Source: an uncultured Bdellovibrionales bacterium
GTDB lineage: Bacteria > Patescibacteriota > Minisyncoccia > Moranbacterales > DUUL01
DNA length: 64,000 bases
Reading direction: 5' to 3'
Assembly (NCBI GenBank): GCA_964346295.1
Contig: CAYFUG010000002.1
Coordinates: 7,355 to 71,354, forward strand
The notes beneath the pieces were generated by a model. The model made no database searches, was not told the origin of the DNA, and saw only the letters and a program-made list of their open reading frames with translations. Numbering within the stretch: the stretch's first letter is position 1; the number at the start of each line of letters is the position of its first letter. The translations under genes and the position numbers were made by a program. Positions 28,201 to 38,810 of the stretch are shown here, piece by piece.

Positions 28201-28884
28201 ATGTCAACCCTCCCCCAAGTCTTCTATCAAAAACCTACTGAGCAAGTCGCCCGAGAGCTCCTGGGTAAAGTTTTAGTCCGACGCTTTAAGAGAAATGTAT
28301 CATCCCGCTCAGAACAAAGCGGAATCGAAGGGACTAAAGAAGCTTACAACTCTAATCAAACTGGAGTTAAGCAAGTTGATCTACCTGGAACAGTTACCGA
28401 AATTCGCCTCTTAATTACAGAAACGGAGGCCTACCTGGGCCCCCACGATCAAGCTTGTCATACTCGCCGCGGTCCCACTCCTAGAACTCAGGTAATGTTT
28501 GGGTCAGCCGGTTTTTGGTATATCTACTTAATCTATGGCATGTATCATTGTCTCAATGTGGTAACGGAGAAAGTCGGCTCCGGTAGTGCAGTATTAATCC
28601 GGGGCGGCCAACTGCTAACGCCCCTGGACCCGGAAGAAAATAATCGAGAAATAAAAACTGACGGCCCTGGTAAACTTTGCCGAGCCCTCGAGATTGATAG
28701 AAGTTTTAACAAAACTAGTGCCTTTAACCCCACCAGCCAGCTCTTTATCGAGGATGCCCTTCTCAATAATCCGTTCCTAAAAAACTTTGAGGTTGAAAAG
28801 TTACCTCGAGTTGGTGTACAATATGCAGGAGAAAAGTGGGACAAAGCCCTTTTAAGGTTCAGGCTAATAACTGACCATGCCTAA
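28201..28884 (+). CDS. DNA-3-methyladenine glycosylase (Mpg/AAG family)
   Basis: VARELLGKVLVRR, ETEAYLGPHDQACHTRRG, GFWYIYLIYGMYHCLNVV are Mpg family blocks; about 30-aa insertion near the N-terminus. Confidence 0.8.
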   Translation: MSTLPQVFYQKPTEQVARELLGKVLVRRFKRNVSSRSEQSGIEGTKEAYNSNQTGVKQVDLPGTVTEIRLLITETEAYLGPHDQACHTRRGPTPRTQVMFGSAGFWYIYLIYGMYHCLNVVTEKVGSGSAVLIRGGQLLTPLDPEENNREIKTDGPGKLCRALEIDRSFNKTSAFNPTSQLFIEDALLNNPFLKNFEVEKLPRVGVQYAGEKWDKALLRFRLITDHA

Positions 28885-29272
28885 ATTAAAACTAGAAAAA
28901 CAATTCGCAGTTAAAGCCCTAGTTGAAAATAAAAATCACTTTTTATTTTTAAAAAAGAAGGATTTCCTGGGAGGAGACTATGACTTACCGGGAGGAAGGA
29001 AGAAACAGGGAGGGAAAGATCTTCTTGCTCTCAAAAGAGAAGTCAAAGAAGAGACTGGGCTTGAGATCACCACTATTCAATTTCTAAATAACTGGCAAGT
29101 GGATGTATCCTCTAAAGGAATCAATCTTAACGGGAAGACCTACCTCCGCCCCGTAAATTCAAATGAGGTCATCCTGAGCGAAGAGCACTTTGATTATAAA
29201 TGGCTACCAAAAGAGCAAGTCCTAAGAGAAAATATCCCTTATTGGGCGAGAGAAGCTTTAGAGAAAATCTAG
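28877..29272 (+). CDS. NUDIX-like hydrolase
   Basis: ALKREVKEETGLEI matches the REUXEEXGU core of the Nudix box. Confidence 0.65.
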   Translation: MPKLKLEKQFAVKALVENKNHFLFLKKKDFLGGDYDLPGGRKKQGGKDLLALKREVKEETGLEITTIQFLNNWQVDVSSKGINLNGKTYLRPVNSNEVILSEEHFDYKWLPKEQVLRENIPYWAREALEKI

Positions 29273-29332
29273 TCATCGCTACTGCAAAATTACCTTTAAA
29301 AACTTAGTACTAAAAATTGAAAACTCACTTTC

Positions 29333-29992
29333 ATGATTATAACTTGGCACGGCCACTCTTGTTTTAAAATTCAAACCCGCCCTCAACGAGGGGGGGATGA
29401 GATAGTAATCGCCACCGATCCTTTTGACAAAAGCATTGGCCTCACACCTCCTCAGTTTAAAACGGATATAGTAACCGTATCCCATTCTCACTTCGACCAT
29501 GCTAACACTCAATCCCTGAAAGGAGATCCTTTTGTGATTGATGCCCCCGGAGAATACTCCCTGGGTGGCATTACCGTTGAAGGAGTGGAAGCTTTTCACG
29601 ACTCCCAAAAAGGTCAAGAGCGAGGCCGCGACACTATCTATGTAATTGAAAGTGAGGATTTAAGAGTTTGTCACCTAGGAGACCTGGGTCATATCCTAGA
29701 AGAAAAACAAGTAGAGCAAATTGGGCAAGTAGATATTTTGATGATTCCAGTGGGAGGAACTTACACTTTAGACCCCAAAAAAGCAGAGGAGGTAATTGGC
29801 CAATTAGAACCTGGCCTGATCATTCCCATGCATTTCAAAGTGCCCGGGTTGAAACTTGACATCACCGATGAAGATCCCTTTCTAAAGGAATTTGGAGCTA
29901 AGGTAGAAGAGAAGTTAGACAAGTTAACCATCAAGAAAAAAGATTTGGAAGAAACTGAAAATAAGGTAGCAGTGCTAAAAGTAGCTTCCTAG
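29333..29992 (+). CDS. MBL-fold metal-dependent hydrolase (UPF0173-like)
   Basis: WHGHSCF...IATDPF...HSHFDH beta-lactamase-fold metal ligand pattern. Confidence 0.75.
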   Translation: MIITWHGHSCFKIQTRPQRGGDEIVIATDPFDKSIGLTPPQFKTDIVTVSHSHFDHANTQSLKGDPFVIDAPGEYSLGGITVEGVEAFHDSQKGQERGRDTIYVIESEDLRVCHLGDLGHILEEKQVEQIGQVDILMIPVGGTYTLDPKKAEEVIGQLEPGLIIPMHFKVPGLKLDITDEDPFLKEFGAKVEEKLDKLTIKKKDLEETENKVAVLKVAS

Positions 29993-30149
29993 AATTCTTA
30001 GCCTCTTAACTTTGGAGTAGGATTAATTTTCTCTCTTTTTTTAAAAATCAGGCGTTTGGCTTGCTTGTAAAAAATCATGAAAAGCTCAATAAAAAAATTG
30101 CATCAAATCAGTCTTTTCGCTTACTTAAATTCAAACAAAATGAAACTTC

Positions 30150-30524
30150 ATGCTTAGTAATCTTTTAGAGAAATCAGAGAAAGAACGCCAGAGAGCGGCT
30201 CTTATTATAACCGGAGTAATCGGGGTGATAATTTTCTCCGCCTGGCTTACGATTGCTGGCTTTGACATTAAACAAGCCGTGATTACTCCTGGCCAGGAAG
30301 ATCGCCTTAAAAAAAACTACCTAGCCTTTCAAGGAGAACTTCCTTCTGTTAGACAGACGGAGTCTGTTACTACCGAATTAGCTAAGCGCCAACAACTAGC
30401 TGGAAAAGTCAGTGGATTAAGTAACTCCGAAAAATCCGAACAAGAAAACGCTGATTTAGAGTCTGGTCAAGACCAGAAAAAAAAGCCTTTCCTGGAAAAG
30501 CTTTTTGAAAGATTGGGATTGTAA
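30150..30524 (+). CDS. Hypothetical single-TM protein
   Basis: 124-aa ORF with N-terminal TM. Confidence 0.45.
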   Translation: MLSNLLEKSEKERQRAALIITGVIGVIIFSAWLTIAGFDIKQAVITPGQEDRLKKNYLAFQGELPSVRQTESVTTELAKRQQLAGKVSGLSNSEKSEQENADLESGQDQKKKPFLEKLFERLGL

Positions 30525-30553
30525 AAAATACATTAACTGATAAACTGTTTCTC

Positions 30554-30580
30554 GCTACCCTTTACCCAGGGTAGCTTCTT
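30554..30580. terminator. Bidirectional intrinsic terminator between convergent genes
   Basis: gctaccct-ttaccc-agggtagc 8-bp stem followed by ttcttagtttt. Confidence 0.55.
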
Positions 30581-30649
30581 AGTTTTCGCAGAAAAATCCC
30601 TGCCCTTAAGATCACAAAGAAATTAACTTCAAGGATAAAAGAAGCGAAT

Positions 30650-31081
30650 CTAGCGAGAAAGAAAATATAACTCTAAGAGTAATACCAGCCCCACTGCCAA
30701 CAATGCATCCCACCAAATCAATACTCGAAAGCCTTGCATTAGAAGTAAGGCTACCACCAAAACTGCCAATAAAAATCCTTGGCGAGCTGAAATCCCCACC
30801 AAAGCAAAGCTAGCAACTCCTTCGTAAGAATGCTTTCTAAACCAAAACATTAACTGAGAAAATAGCCCGCCTAAAAATACTAATACTCCCAGAGCGAAAA
30901 TTCCTATATCTAAAAAATCCTTTTCTTGGTAACGAAGGTTTTCATTAGGATTATAAGGATTTTGATAAGGAGAACCCCAGAAAAGGATTAAGCCCATTAA
31001 AATAAATAATCCTAATAACAAAATCCCCCGGGCACTCCAGTGGAATATTTTAACCGAGGTATCGTCTTTTCTAATCGCCAT
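30650..31081 (-). CDS. Small membrane protein (DUF2304-like), partner of the adjacent GT2
   Basis: Four TM helices; adjacency to a GtrB-like glycosyltransferase. Confidence 0.45.
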   Translation of the reverse strand: MAIRKDDTSVKIFHWSARGILLLGLFILMGLILFWGSPYQNPYNPNENLRYQEKDFLDIGIFALGVLVFLGGLFSQLMFWFRKHSYEGVASFALVGISARQGFLLAVLVVALLLMQGFRVLIWWDALLAVGLVLLLELYFLSR

Positions 31082-31234
31082 TTTGGTTAGTGTTTTTGTT
31101 AAAAATACTCACTAGCAAGTATCCCTACTAATTTCAATCGGAGACTAGGGTCAGTCTAAAGCTCCTCCTCATTAATTAAGCTTATCCCTGGGGATAGCCA
31201 ATTAAGCCAGTTGCTGCACTACCCCGAAGCTCAG

Positions 31235-32173
31235 TTACTCTCTTTCAAATTCTTCTTTAATGCTATAAACCTGCTCCTTACGAGTCTGATAATATGTTTT
31301 AATTCCAATGTCTGCCAAAAGACCCGAGACAAAAAATTGGATTCCTAAAATTACTGAGAAAAACCCTACCATGGGCCAAATTCGACTACCAATTGCTGAA
31401 CCAAAAAATATTTTTTCTACTGCCATCCAACCTAAAATTAACATTCCAAAAGCGCTAATCAGCACCCCCATGGTCCCAAAAAGATGCAAAGGGCGCGAAG
31501 AAAACTTGCGCCAAAACCAAATCGAAAGTAAATCCAAAATCCCCTTTACCAAACGCTTCCAGTTGTATTTGGTTTTCCCCGCTATTCGCGGTCGATGATT
31601 CACCACTGCCTCTCCGACTTTGAAACCCTTGATCTTGAGAATTCCGGGAATAAAACGGTGCATCTCGCCATAAAGATCCAGATTCTCAAAACATTCCCTG
31701 CGATAAGCCTTTAAAGAGCAACCACTATCATTGATTTGGTCGTTGATCAAAAACTTGCGCAACTTATCCGCCCCCCTGGAAAGAATCTTTTTCAAAAAAG
31801 GATCCTTCCGATTTTTGCGCCAACCACTCACTACATCGTAACCTTTTTCGATTTTAGCCAAAAGCTTAGGAATATCAGCCGGATCATTTTGCCGATCGCC
31901 GTCCATAGTAACCACTACCTCCCCTCGAGCGGCCTTAACACCAGCATCCATAGCCGCTGTTTGGCCAAAATTACGCCGAAAGAAAATTGCTCGCACTGGC
32001 CGCAACTGGCGAATCTTCTCTCGCGTGCCATCACTACTACCATCATCTACCAAGATAATTTCCGCTTTTAGGCCCTCCTTCTCGATAACATCAACAATTT
32101 CCTGGTGCAAATCTTCCACATTCCCCTCCTCATTGTAGACCGGCACTACAATAGAAATAAGTTTATTTTCCAT
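31235..32173 (-). CDS. Family 2 glycosyltransferase (polyprenol-phosphate glycosyltransferase-like)
   Basis: ISIVVPVYNEEGNV ... VDDGSSDGT ... DGDRQNDP GT-A/DxD motifs with C-terminal TM helices. Confidence 0.85.
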   Translation of the reverse strand: MENKLISIVVPVYNEEGNVEDLHQEIVDVIEKEGLKAEIILVDDGSSDGTREKIRQLRPVRAIFFRRNFGQTAAMDAGVKAARGEVVVTMDGDRQNDPADIPKLLAKIEKGYDVVSGWRKNRKDPFLKKILSRGADKLRKFLINDQINDSGCSLKAYRRECFENLDLYGEMHRFIPGILKIKGFKVGEAVVNHRPRIAGKTKYNWKRLVKGILDLLSIWFWRKFSSRPLHLFGTMGVLISAFGMLILGWMAVEKIFFGSAIGSRIWPMVGFFSVILGIQFFVSGLLADIGIKTYYQTRKEQVYSIKEEFERE

Positions 32174-32197
32174 AATATTTAATAAAATTTATCCTCA

Positions 32198-33271
32198 TTA
32201 ATGACCAGAATAATAACTAAGAAGTTTTGTATAGCTTAATTCTTCAACTGGAAAAAATTCAGGCTCTATTGCGCTAGAAAATTTTTCTAAAACCTTGACT
32301 TTATCTCCATCTAGAATAAATTCTACTTTTTTAACTACTTCTCTATCCGTTAAAATGAAAGCTTCTTCGTCTTCTGGAGCATCTGGAAAAATAAAACCTA
32401 AATCACCTACTTTAAAGAATATTGTTGCCCCACCAAAGACAACTTTTTCGTCTTTCTCTATTTTTATATCACTTGGATTGAAATTAGCGCCTTGTAAAAA
32501 TCCTTTCTTATAAAAATTTATAAAAGTGCTAATTCTATCAAGATAATAACTCCCAACCCCTTCCTTGTCTTCTGCGTATGCTTGAATCGCTTGTTCGCTA
32601 AAAAAATCTGAATCAAAAATTATCTCGCTCTCCTCTAAAAATCTCTTGATTTCTTTGGCATACCGCCTTCTCTCTGGATCTTCTATGGTATCTCCTGTTC
32701 CTTCCTCCGTCACAGGAGGCGCAAATCTCTCAGCCTCATCTCCTTCCATCATAAGCTCTTTATCTCCATCTAAAAAATAACTATCTAAAATAAAGTAAGG
32801 ATTATTATCTTCATCATAACCAATAATCTCCACTTTGAGGATTCCCGAATTAAACAACTCGGAATTAATTGCCCATTCCCAGTCTTCCCTTTCCGGATGA
32901 TCTTTCAAGTGTAATCTGAGTTGATTTTGCAAGGAACTAACTACGCCTTCACTTAGTTGATATTTCCTAGCCTCAGCCCCAAAAACATCCACAGTATCTT
33001 CAGCGCCTCCCCCCTCGGAGTAAGTAATCGTCGCAGAAGATCCCGCCTCCACTTCCCTTGGAATTAATATTCCCAGGCTCATCATAACAGAGGTAAGCGC
33101 CAAAGATGCCACCATTATTCCTTCCTTAAGATTAAGCCGCTCTTTTTGAGAAATCTTTCTCTTCTCGTACTTGCTAGGTTGATTAAATCCTTTTAATTTA
33201 TCCATTTTTGTTTTATTTTCAAATTTAATCCCTAATCTCCACCAATTTTGTCCGACTAGTTTTTCCGGCAA
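32198..33271 (-). CDS. Hypothetical secreted/membrane-anchored protein
   Basis: Signal-anchor LALTSVMMSLGILIP; no motif. Confidence 0.5.
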   Translation of the reverse strand: MPEKLVGQNWWRLGIKFENKTKMDKLKGFNQPSKYEKRKISQKERLNLKEGIMVASLALTSVMMSLGILIPREVEAGSSATITYSEGGGAEDTVDVFGAEARKYQLSEGVVSSLQNQLRLHLKDHPEREDWEWAINSELFNSGILKVEIIGYDEDNNPYFILDSYFLDGDKELMMEGDEAERFAPPVTEEGTGDTIEDPERRRYAKEIKRFLEESEIIFDSDFFSEQAIQAYAEDKEGVGSYYLDRISTFINFYKKGFLQGANFNPSDIKIEKDEKVVFGGATIFFKVGDLGFIFPDAPEDEEAFILTDREVVKKVEFILDGDKVKVLEKFSSAIEPEFFPVEELSYTKLLSYYSGH

Positions 33272-33446
33272 TTACCTCCACCTGATTTTTAGCCACTTGC
33301 CACTCTTGCGCCACTAACTCCACCAAAGCCTGATTGGCCCGGCCTTTCTCTGGCACCGCCCTCACCCAAGCTTTATAGCTCCCATCCGCCTGCTTCTCCA
33401 ACTTATTCTGGCTACTCTTAGGAATTACCTTGATGTAAACTCTCAT
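33225..33446 (-). CDS. DUF167 (YggU-like) protein
   Basis: IKVIPKSSQNKL...AVPEKGRANQALVELVAQEW...VEVIAGKTSRTK matches the DUF167 pattern. Confidence 0.7.
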   Translation of the reverse strand: MRVYIKVIPKSSQNKLEKQADGSYKAWVRAVPEKGRANQALVELVAQEWQVAKNQVEVIAGKTSRTKLVEIRD

Positions 33447-33460
33447 GGGCCTACTGGTTA

Positions 33461-34177
33461 CTATCTAACAGTCACCTCCTCAAAATACTTTTTTTGCAAA
33501 AAATCTCTGGCCCAAATCAAATCAATTGACTCTTTTTTCATCTCCTCTCGGCGCTTTTCATCTAGAATCTTACCCTGATCCTGATAGCGTTGCAATACAA
33601 AGCGCTTAGCGCCTCGCAGCCACCGCCCAATGTCTTTGAGATCCTCCTCCGTGTGGATTCCGCCCACCGCCGTGGTCCGAAATTCATAGTCAATCTGGCG
33701 ATTATTGCGAATCAGCTCAGTAGAAAGCTGGATTCGTCCCGGATCAATCTTAACCCCGCAAGCTTGAGGGTACTTTTCGATGGAGGTCTTGATGTCCATC
33801 GCCACAAAGTCTAAGAGTTGCTTATCAAAGAGGTGTTTAAGCGCATCCGGTCGCGTCCCGTTAGTGTCTAGCTTTACCAAAAAACCCAGGTCTTTGATTT
33901 TAGCAATAAATTCCGGCAAATCCTGATGCAAAGTGGGCTCCCCTCCGGTAATACATACTCCGTCTAACTTGCCTTGGCGTTTTTTAAGAAACTTAAACAA
34001 CCGCTCTTCTTTAGATTTGAACTCCCCGCCGCCTGCCTCCAAGCCAGAAGCTGGTAAAACCAATTCTGGATTGTGACAAAACGGACAGCGAAAATTACAA
34101 CCTACCGTAAAAACCGTAGCCGCCACTTTACCCGGATAATCTAGTAGTGTCACAGGCGCAAAACCTCCAATCTTCAT
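33461..34177 (-). CDS. Radical-SAM activating enzyme of the anaerobic ribonucleotide reductase activase (NrdG) family
   Basis: GCNFRCPFCHNPEL CX3CX2C, GGEPTL, DTNG. No NrdD in the window. Confidence 0.75.
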   Translation of the reverse strand: MKIGGFAPVTLLDYPGKVAATVFTVGCNFRCPFCHNPELVLPASGLEAGGGEFKSKEERLFKFLKKRQGKLDGVCITGGEPTLHQDLPEFIAKIKDLGFLVKLDTNGTRPDALKHLFDKQLLDFVAMDIKTSIEKYPQACGVKIDPGRIQLSTELIRNNRQIDYEFRTTAVGGIHTEEDLKDIGRWLRGAKRFVLQRYQDQGKILDEKRREEMKKESIDLIWARDFLQKKYFEEVTVR

Positions 34178-34299
34178 GCATTCAATTTACTCCCCCAGTT
34201 TTTTATTTTGATTTTTCACTCAATTTATTTCAAACTATTTCTCAATATTCATGCCATCAAATCCGTTGACCACCTCTCTGAAATCATACTCGAATCAAT

Positions 34300-34914
34300 T
34301 TATGCCAGCTGTAACAGGCTTTCAAAGCTTTTAGTGCTAGGATCAAAAAAGATGTAAACAATGCCACTGTCATGAAAATAGTCTGATTTCTCAACCTTAA
34401 TACTCCCCACAAAAACAAGTGGCTCATTATTTCTAATTGGCCATTGATTTGCACTTTGTATCCAATTTGGCGGTTTTTTGAAATATCTAAATTTAGTTCG
34501 AATTTTTTCCTTCAAATATTTCTTGAGTTCATCCTCTTTCATGTTGTGCTTAATGGGCATTATGTAATTCATGAAATATTCTCCATCTATGTCAACCCAA
34601 TCGGGCTGACAATCAAGCAACAAATTATGACAATCGGAATACTTTCTTGTAGGATTGCAATCTATGTTTTTCTTTTTCAAGAAAAGCTCCGGCGCATCCT
34701 GAATATTCAAAGCACCAAGTAAACTTTCTGCGTTCTGGGTAAGGATAAAATCATAAGGATTAGTTTCGATATATGTATCCCCCCAGCCCAAACTAGGGTC
34801 CGAGAGTAAACTCTTCAATCCTTCTTCATTGTAAAAAACCTCCTCAAATTCAGCACCAGAAATTTTTCCTTCGACGAAATCGATCACTACTTGAAGTTGC
34901 TTTTCTTTTGACAT
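34300..34914 (-). CDS. Hypothetical protein; AT-rich compositional outlier
   Basis: 204-aa ORF, by eye around 36% GC. The C-terminal GIVYIFFD block loosely resembles immunity-protein families, but this is not confirmed. Confidence 0.45.
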   Translation of the reverse strand: MSKEKQLQVVIDFVEGKISGAEFEEVFYNEEGLKSLLSDPSLGWGDTYIETNPYDFILTQNAESLLGALNIQDAPELFLKKKNIDCNPTRKYSDCHNLLLDCQPDWVDIDGEYFMNYIMPIKHNMKEDELKKYLKEKIRTKFRYFKKPPNWIQSANQWPIRNNEPLVFVGSIKVEKSDYFHDSGIVYIFFDPSTKSFESLLQLA

Positions 34915-34968
34915 AATTCCCTTTTAAACATTAGATAACTCCAAAAAAACCAACCGCCTTCACAGCCC

Positions 34969-35130
34969 AGGGCTTTCAAGTTTGAGTGAAGCTCTACCTG
35001 AGTCTCGTCAACAGGCGAGATCAGCGCCGAGGTTTCGCTCGTAGAGAAGACATGCCATGGCATGTCTCTACCCATACTGTAAAAACAAAACGCAGGCGAC
35101 AACAACGAGATTCACCAAACTTAAAAGTCC
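34969..35130 (+). repeat. Intergenic structured repeat, copy C (about 162 nt), abutting the ftsH stop codon
   Basis: agggctttcaagtttgagtgaagctctacc ... aaaacgcaggcgacaacaacgagattcaccaaacttaaaagtcc. Internal perfect palindrome agacatgccatggcatgtct; inner helix gaagctctac/gtagagaag. Confidence 0.8.
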
Positions 35131-36984
35131 CTAGTCTTTTACCAACGCATCAAACTCATCCTTCTCCAAAGTCTCTTTCCTAATCAACTCCTTAGCTACC
35201 TTCTCTAAAGTCTCTGCTTTTTCGTCTAGAATCTCTCGAGCCTTTTGATGAGCCTCCTCAATAAAGCGACGCACTTCCTCGTCAATGCTTTCCGCCACTC
35301 TCTCGGAGTAGTTTTTGCGCTCTTGAATATCCCGCCCCAAAAATACCAAATCATCATTTTCGCCATAAGTAACCGGCCCCAACTTACTCATTCCAAAGCG
35401 AGTCACCAACTTACGAGCCATCTCCGTCGCCCGCTCTAGATCATTAGAAGCTCCCGTGGTCATCTCATCAAAAATTCGCTCCTCGGCGGCATAACCACCC
35501 AACAGCACCGCCAACTGATCCAAAAAGTAAGAGCGGAACTTCAAAGAACGATCCTTGTCGGGCACATTGAGAGTATAGCCAGCCGCGTGCCCCCGAGAAA
35601 CAATGGAGACTTTATGAACCGGATCAGCATTGGGCAAAGAAGCAGAAATCAAAGCATGCCCTCCTTCGTGATAAGCAGTAACCTTTTTTTCCTCTGGAGA
35701 AAAAACCTTGCTGCGCCGCTCCGGCCCCAAAATTACCTTTTCGATTGCCTCCCTCAGCTCGTCCATGCCAGTGGTTTTCTTGTCCCGCCGAGCCGCCAAA
35801 ATAGCTCCTTCATTAACCAAGTTTGCCAAATCCGCTCCAGAAAAACCCGGTGTTCGCTCAGCAATTTGACGCAATTTAACATCTTTTTCCATTTTTTTAT
35901 CAGTCACATGCAATTTTAAAATTGCCTCTCTTTCTTCAATATCGGGATTATCAATAGTCACTCGCCGATCAAAGCGTCCTGGGCGCAAAAGAGCGGGATC
36001 CAATACATCTGGTCGGTTAGTAGCCGCAATCACAATTACATTCACATTAGTGTCAAATCCGTCCATTTCTACCAAGATTTGATTAAGGGTCTGTTCTCGC
36101 TCGTCGTTACCACCGCCCACGCCGGCTCCTCGATGCCGACCTACTGCGTCAACTTCGTCAATAAAAACAATAGCCGGTGCATTTTTTTTAGCCTGCTTGA
36201 AGAGATCTCGCACTCGGCTAGCTCCCACTCCCACAAACATTTCTACAAATTCGCTTCCAGAGATTGAGAAAAAAGGCACATTAGCCTCTCCAGCCACTGC
36301 CTTGGCCAAAAGAGTTTTTCCAGTACCAGGAGGGCCCAACAGCAAAAATCCTCGCGGGATTCGCGCGCCCAAATCCCAAAATTTCTTAGGATTACGCAAA
36401 AATTCCACTACTTCGTAAAGCTCCTCTTTGGCCTCCTTGGCCCCCGCTACATCTTTGAAGGTAATTCGCCCTTCTTTGTCACGAGCCGGAAGCAAAACTC
36501 GAGCTCGAGAGCGACCAAAGGTCATGGCTTGATTATTGCCTCGCTGGGCTTGCCGCAATAAAAACCAAATAAAAAAAGCAATAAAGAAGAAAGGGAGTAT
36601 AAAAGGAATAAAAACACCCACCCAAAAATCTCGCCCCGAAGTGTCCTCCAGGTTTAACTGAATATCCCTTAGTTTATCCTTCTCCACTCCTACATTAGCC
36701 AAAGATTCCGTCAGGGAACTCTCCGGCTCCTTACGAGAAACTTCCTTGGTGCCATCTTTCAGCTCAATTTCCAGCTCATTGCCCTGGACTTTAATCTCAG
36801 TTACCTCTTCCTCGTTGATTTGACTGGCCAATTCGCTCAGGGAAACCTCCTTTTTCTCTTCTAAAGGAACAGAATAGAGCAAAACTAGACCAGAAATTAC
36901 CACAAAGATACCCAAAAAAATAAATAAATTTCGGGTCAATTTTTTAATAGGACCGCGATTATTAGGATTAACACTTTTTGCCAC
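35131..36984 (-). CDS. ftsH: ATP-dependent zinc metalloprotease FtsH
   Basis: GPPGTGKT Walker A, IDEVD Walker B, second region of homology, HEGGHA zinc motif. Confidence 0.95.
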   Translation of the reverse strand: MAKSVNPNNRGPIKKLTRNLFIFLGIFVVISGLVLLYSVPLEEKKEVSLSELASQINEEEVTEIKVQGNELEIELKDGTKEVSRKEPESSLTESLANVGVEKDKLRDIQLNLEDTSGRDFWVGVFIPFILPFFFIAFFIWFLLRQAQRGNNQAMTFGRSRARVLLPARDKEGRITFKDVAGAKEAKEELYEVVEFLRNPKKFWDLGARIPRGFLLLGPPGTGKTLLAKAVAGEANVPFFSISGSEFVEMFVGVGASRVRDLFKQAKKNAPAIVFIDEVDAVGRHRGAGVGGGNDEREQTLNQILVEMDGFDTNVNVIVIAATNRPDVLDPALLRPGRFDRRVTIDNPDIEEREAILKLHVTDKKMEKDVKLRQIAERTPGFSGADLANLVNEGAILAARRDKKTTGMDELREAIEKVILGPERRSKVFSPEEKKVTAYHEGGHALISASLPNADPVHKVSIVSRGHAAGYTLNVPDKDRSLKFRSYFLDQLAVLLGGYAAEERIFDEMTTGASNDLERATEMARKLVTRFGMSKLGPVTYGENDDLVFLGRDIQERKNYSERVAESIDEEVRRFIEEAHQKAREILDEKAETLEKVAKELIRKETLEKDEFDALVKD

Positions 36985-37140
36985 AAAATTATTTTAATGC
37001 TTATTGATTCAATTTAAAGTTTTTCCAAAGTTAACAATGCGTATTAACCTAGGAAAAATTTTAACCAAAATACTAAAATAATTAAACTCTGTCTTCGAGA
37101 GATCAAATTAATAAGGAAGTAAGGCTAAAAAAGAATCCTA

Positions 37141-38217
37141 TTAAATATCCTTCTTAAACAAAAGCAACCCTTCCCCTTCGCGCTTAACTTGAATTCCTGA
37201 AAAATTTAGCTGCTGATTTTTACCCTTAGCGCTAAAAATAATCTTTTCCAACTCCGCTAAATGTTGCTTGGAAAGGTTGCGCAAATTTCCTTTAAGCTGC
37301 AATATCACTTTTCGCAAAATTAGAGCCCTGGTTGACTTTGATATTTTTTTTAAGCACTTTAAGTTAACCTCGAAAAAATCACTCTTTTCGAGTACTATCT
37401 TAGTATACTGGGTTTGAATATTTTCTTCAATATATTCTTCTGCCTCCTTAGCGATTTGGGATAAACTCACTAAACGATCTTTGATTTGAGATTGATAAGA
37501 TTCTTCTAAAAAGGGAATTAACTCTCCTCGCACTTGATTACGCAAGAAGCTAAAATCTTGGTTGCTCTGGTCTTCTCGCCATCTCTGATCTAACTCCCCA
37601 AGAAAATCTCTGATTTCAAGCTTGGTGAAAGTCAACAAGGGCCGAATCACTCTATCAGTTCGAAGTTTCATCCCTCCTAGACCTCGCAAGCCAGCCCCTC
37701 TTAATAAATTAATTAGAACTGTTTCTGCTTGGTCATCCTTAGTGTGCGCCACTGCGATCCAATCCAGGCCCTCCTGTTTACGCACCTGTTCAAATTTTTG
37801 ATAGCGAAAATTACGAAAAACCTCCTCCTGATTGCTATTGCCGCTAAAAGTACTCCAGTGAGAATCTTTGCGATACCCCCTTTTGTAAAGGGGGCTAGGG
37901 GGATTGAGTAAATCGAGCTGATTCCTGAGTGAATCTTCCTCAAACTTGAAAACTGAAAGTGACAGCTGAAATTCTTGTGCTAAATCTCGCACTAGCTGCT
38001 CATCCTGCTCGGAAGCTTGGCCTCTGACTTGATAGTTAACATGAACCAAGTGAAGTCTAAGCTTGTAACGAGGCCCTAAGCTCAAAAGCAATCTTACTAG
38101 CCCGACCGAATCCGAACCGCCCGAAACTCCCACTACTAATCCAGTTTCTTGATCCTTTCTTAGCCAACCTTGGCGAAAAATTTGCTCCTTAAAACACTTT
38201 ATAAATTTACTGTTCAT
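37141..38217 (-). CDS. tilS: tRNA(Ile)-lysidine synthetase
   Basis: VGVSGGSDSVGL PP-loop SGGxDS motif. Confidence 0.85.
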   Translation of the reverse strand: MNSKFIKCFKEQIFRQGWLRKDQETGLVVGVSGGSDSVGLVRLLLSLGPRYKLRLHLVHVNYQVRGQASEQDEQLVRDLAQEFQLSLSVFKFEEDSLRNQLDLLNPPSPLYKRGYRKDSHWSTFSGNSNQEEVFRNFRYQKFEQVRKQEGLDWIAVAHTKDDQAETVLINLLRGAGLRGLGGMKLRTDRVIRPLLTFTKLEIRDFLGELDQRWREDQSNQDFSFLRNQVRGELIPFLEESYQSQIKDRLVSLSQIAKEAEEYIEENIQTQYTKIVLEKSDFFEVNLKCLKKISKSTRALILRKVILQLKGNLRNLSKQHLAELEKIIFSAKGKNQQLNFSGIQVKREGEGLLLFKKDI

Positions 38218-38223
38218 AAAAAT

Positions 38224-38796
38224 CTAGGTGGTCGGGTTCCTGGATTTTTCGATAAAATCCCTTATTTTTTCAAACACTTCGTCCTTAGAAAGACTTGTGG
38301 TATCCACTACTAAATCATAATTACTCTCGTCCCAGATATAGACCCCGTAATATTCTTTATATCTTTTGTTGTCAGTTTTTTTGCGCCTCCGGTTAGCCTC
38401 GATGATTTCCTCAATAGAGCCCATAGAGGCATTCTCGTTCTTTCGATTTTCAGATTTTTCCTCTAATTCAATCAAAATTCTCCTAGCTGCTACCTCTTCC
38501 GAGGCTTTTAAGAAGACCTTCAAAGAGTTGGGAATAAGACACCAAGCAAGTCTACTATCAAAAACAACTTCCTCTCCGCTTCTTCCAATTTCTATAGTTC
38601 TTTGATCAATCTCTTGGTCAATAGATTTATCTTTTTCTCCCAATTCTAAGAGCTCTACTAAAGTCATATTCCTCTCTTGGGCCATACTTCTGAAAATTTC
38701 CCCCGTACAAACATACTTCATGCCTAGTTCCTGGGCAATTCTTTTTCCTACAGTGCTTTTTCCAGAGCCATGCTCACCATTAAGTGTAATAATCAT
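38224..38796 (-). CDS. cmk: Cytidylate kinase
   Basis: MIITLNGEHGSGKSTVGKRIAQELGMKYVCTGEIFR P-loop and NMP-binding pattern. Confidence 0.7.
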   Translation of the reverse strand: MIITLNGEHGSGKSTVGKRIAQELGMKYVCTGEIFRSMAQERNMTLVELLELGEKDKSIDQEIDQRTIEIGRSGEEVVFDSRLAWCLIPNSLKVFLKASEEVAARRILIELEEKSENRKNENASMGSIEEIIEANRRRKKTDNKRYKEYYGVYIWDESNYDLVVDTTSLSKDEVFEKIRDFIEKSRNPTT

Positions 38797-38810
38797 TTGA
38801 ATTTTTATTC

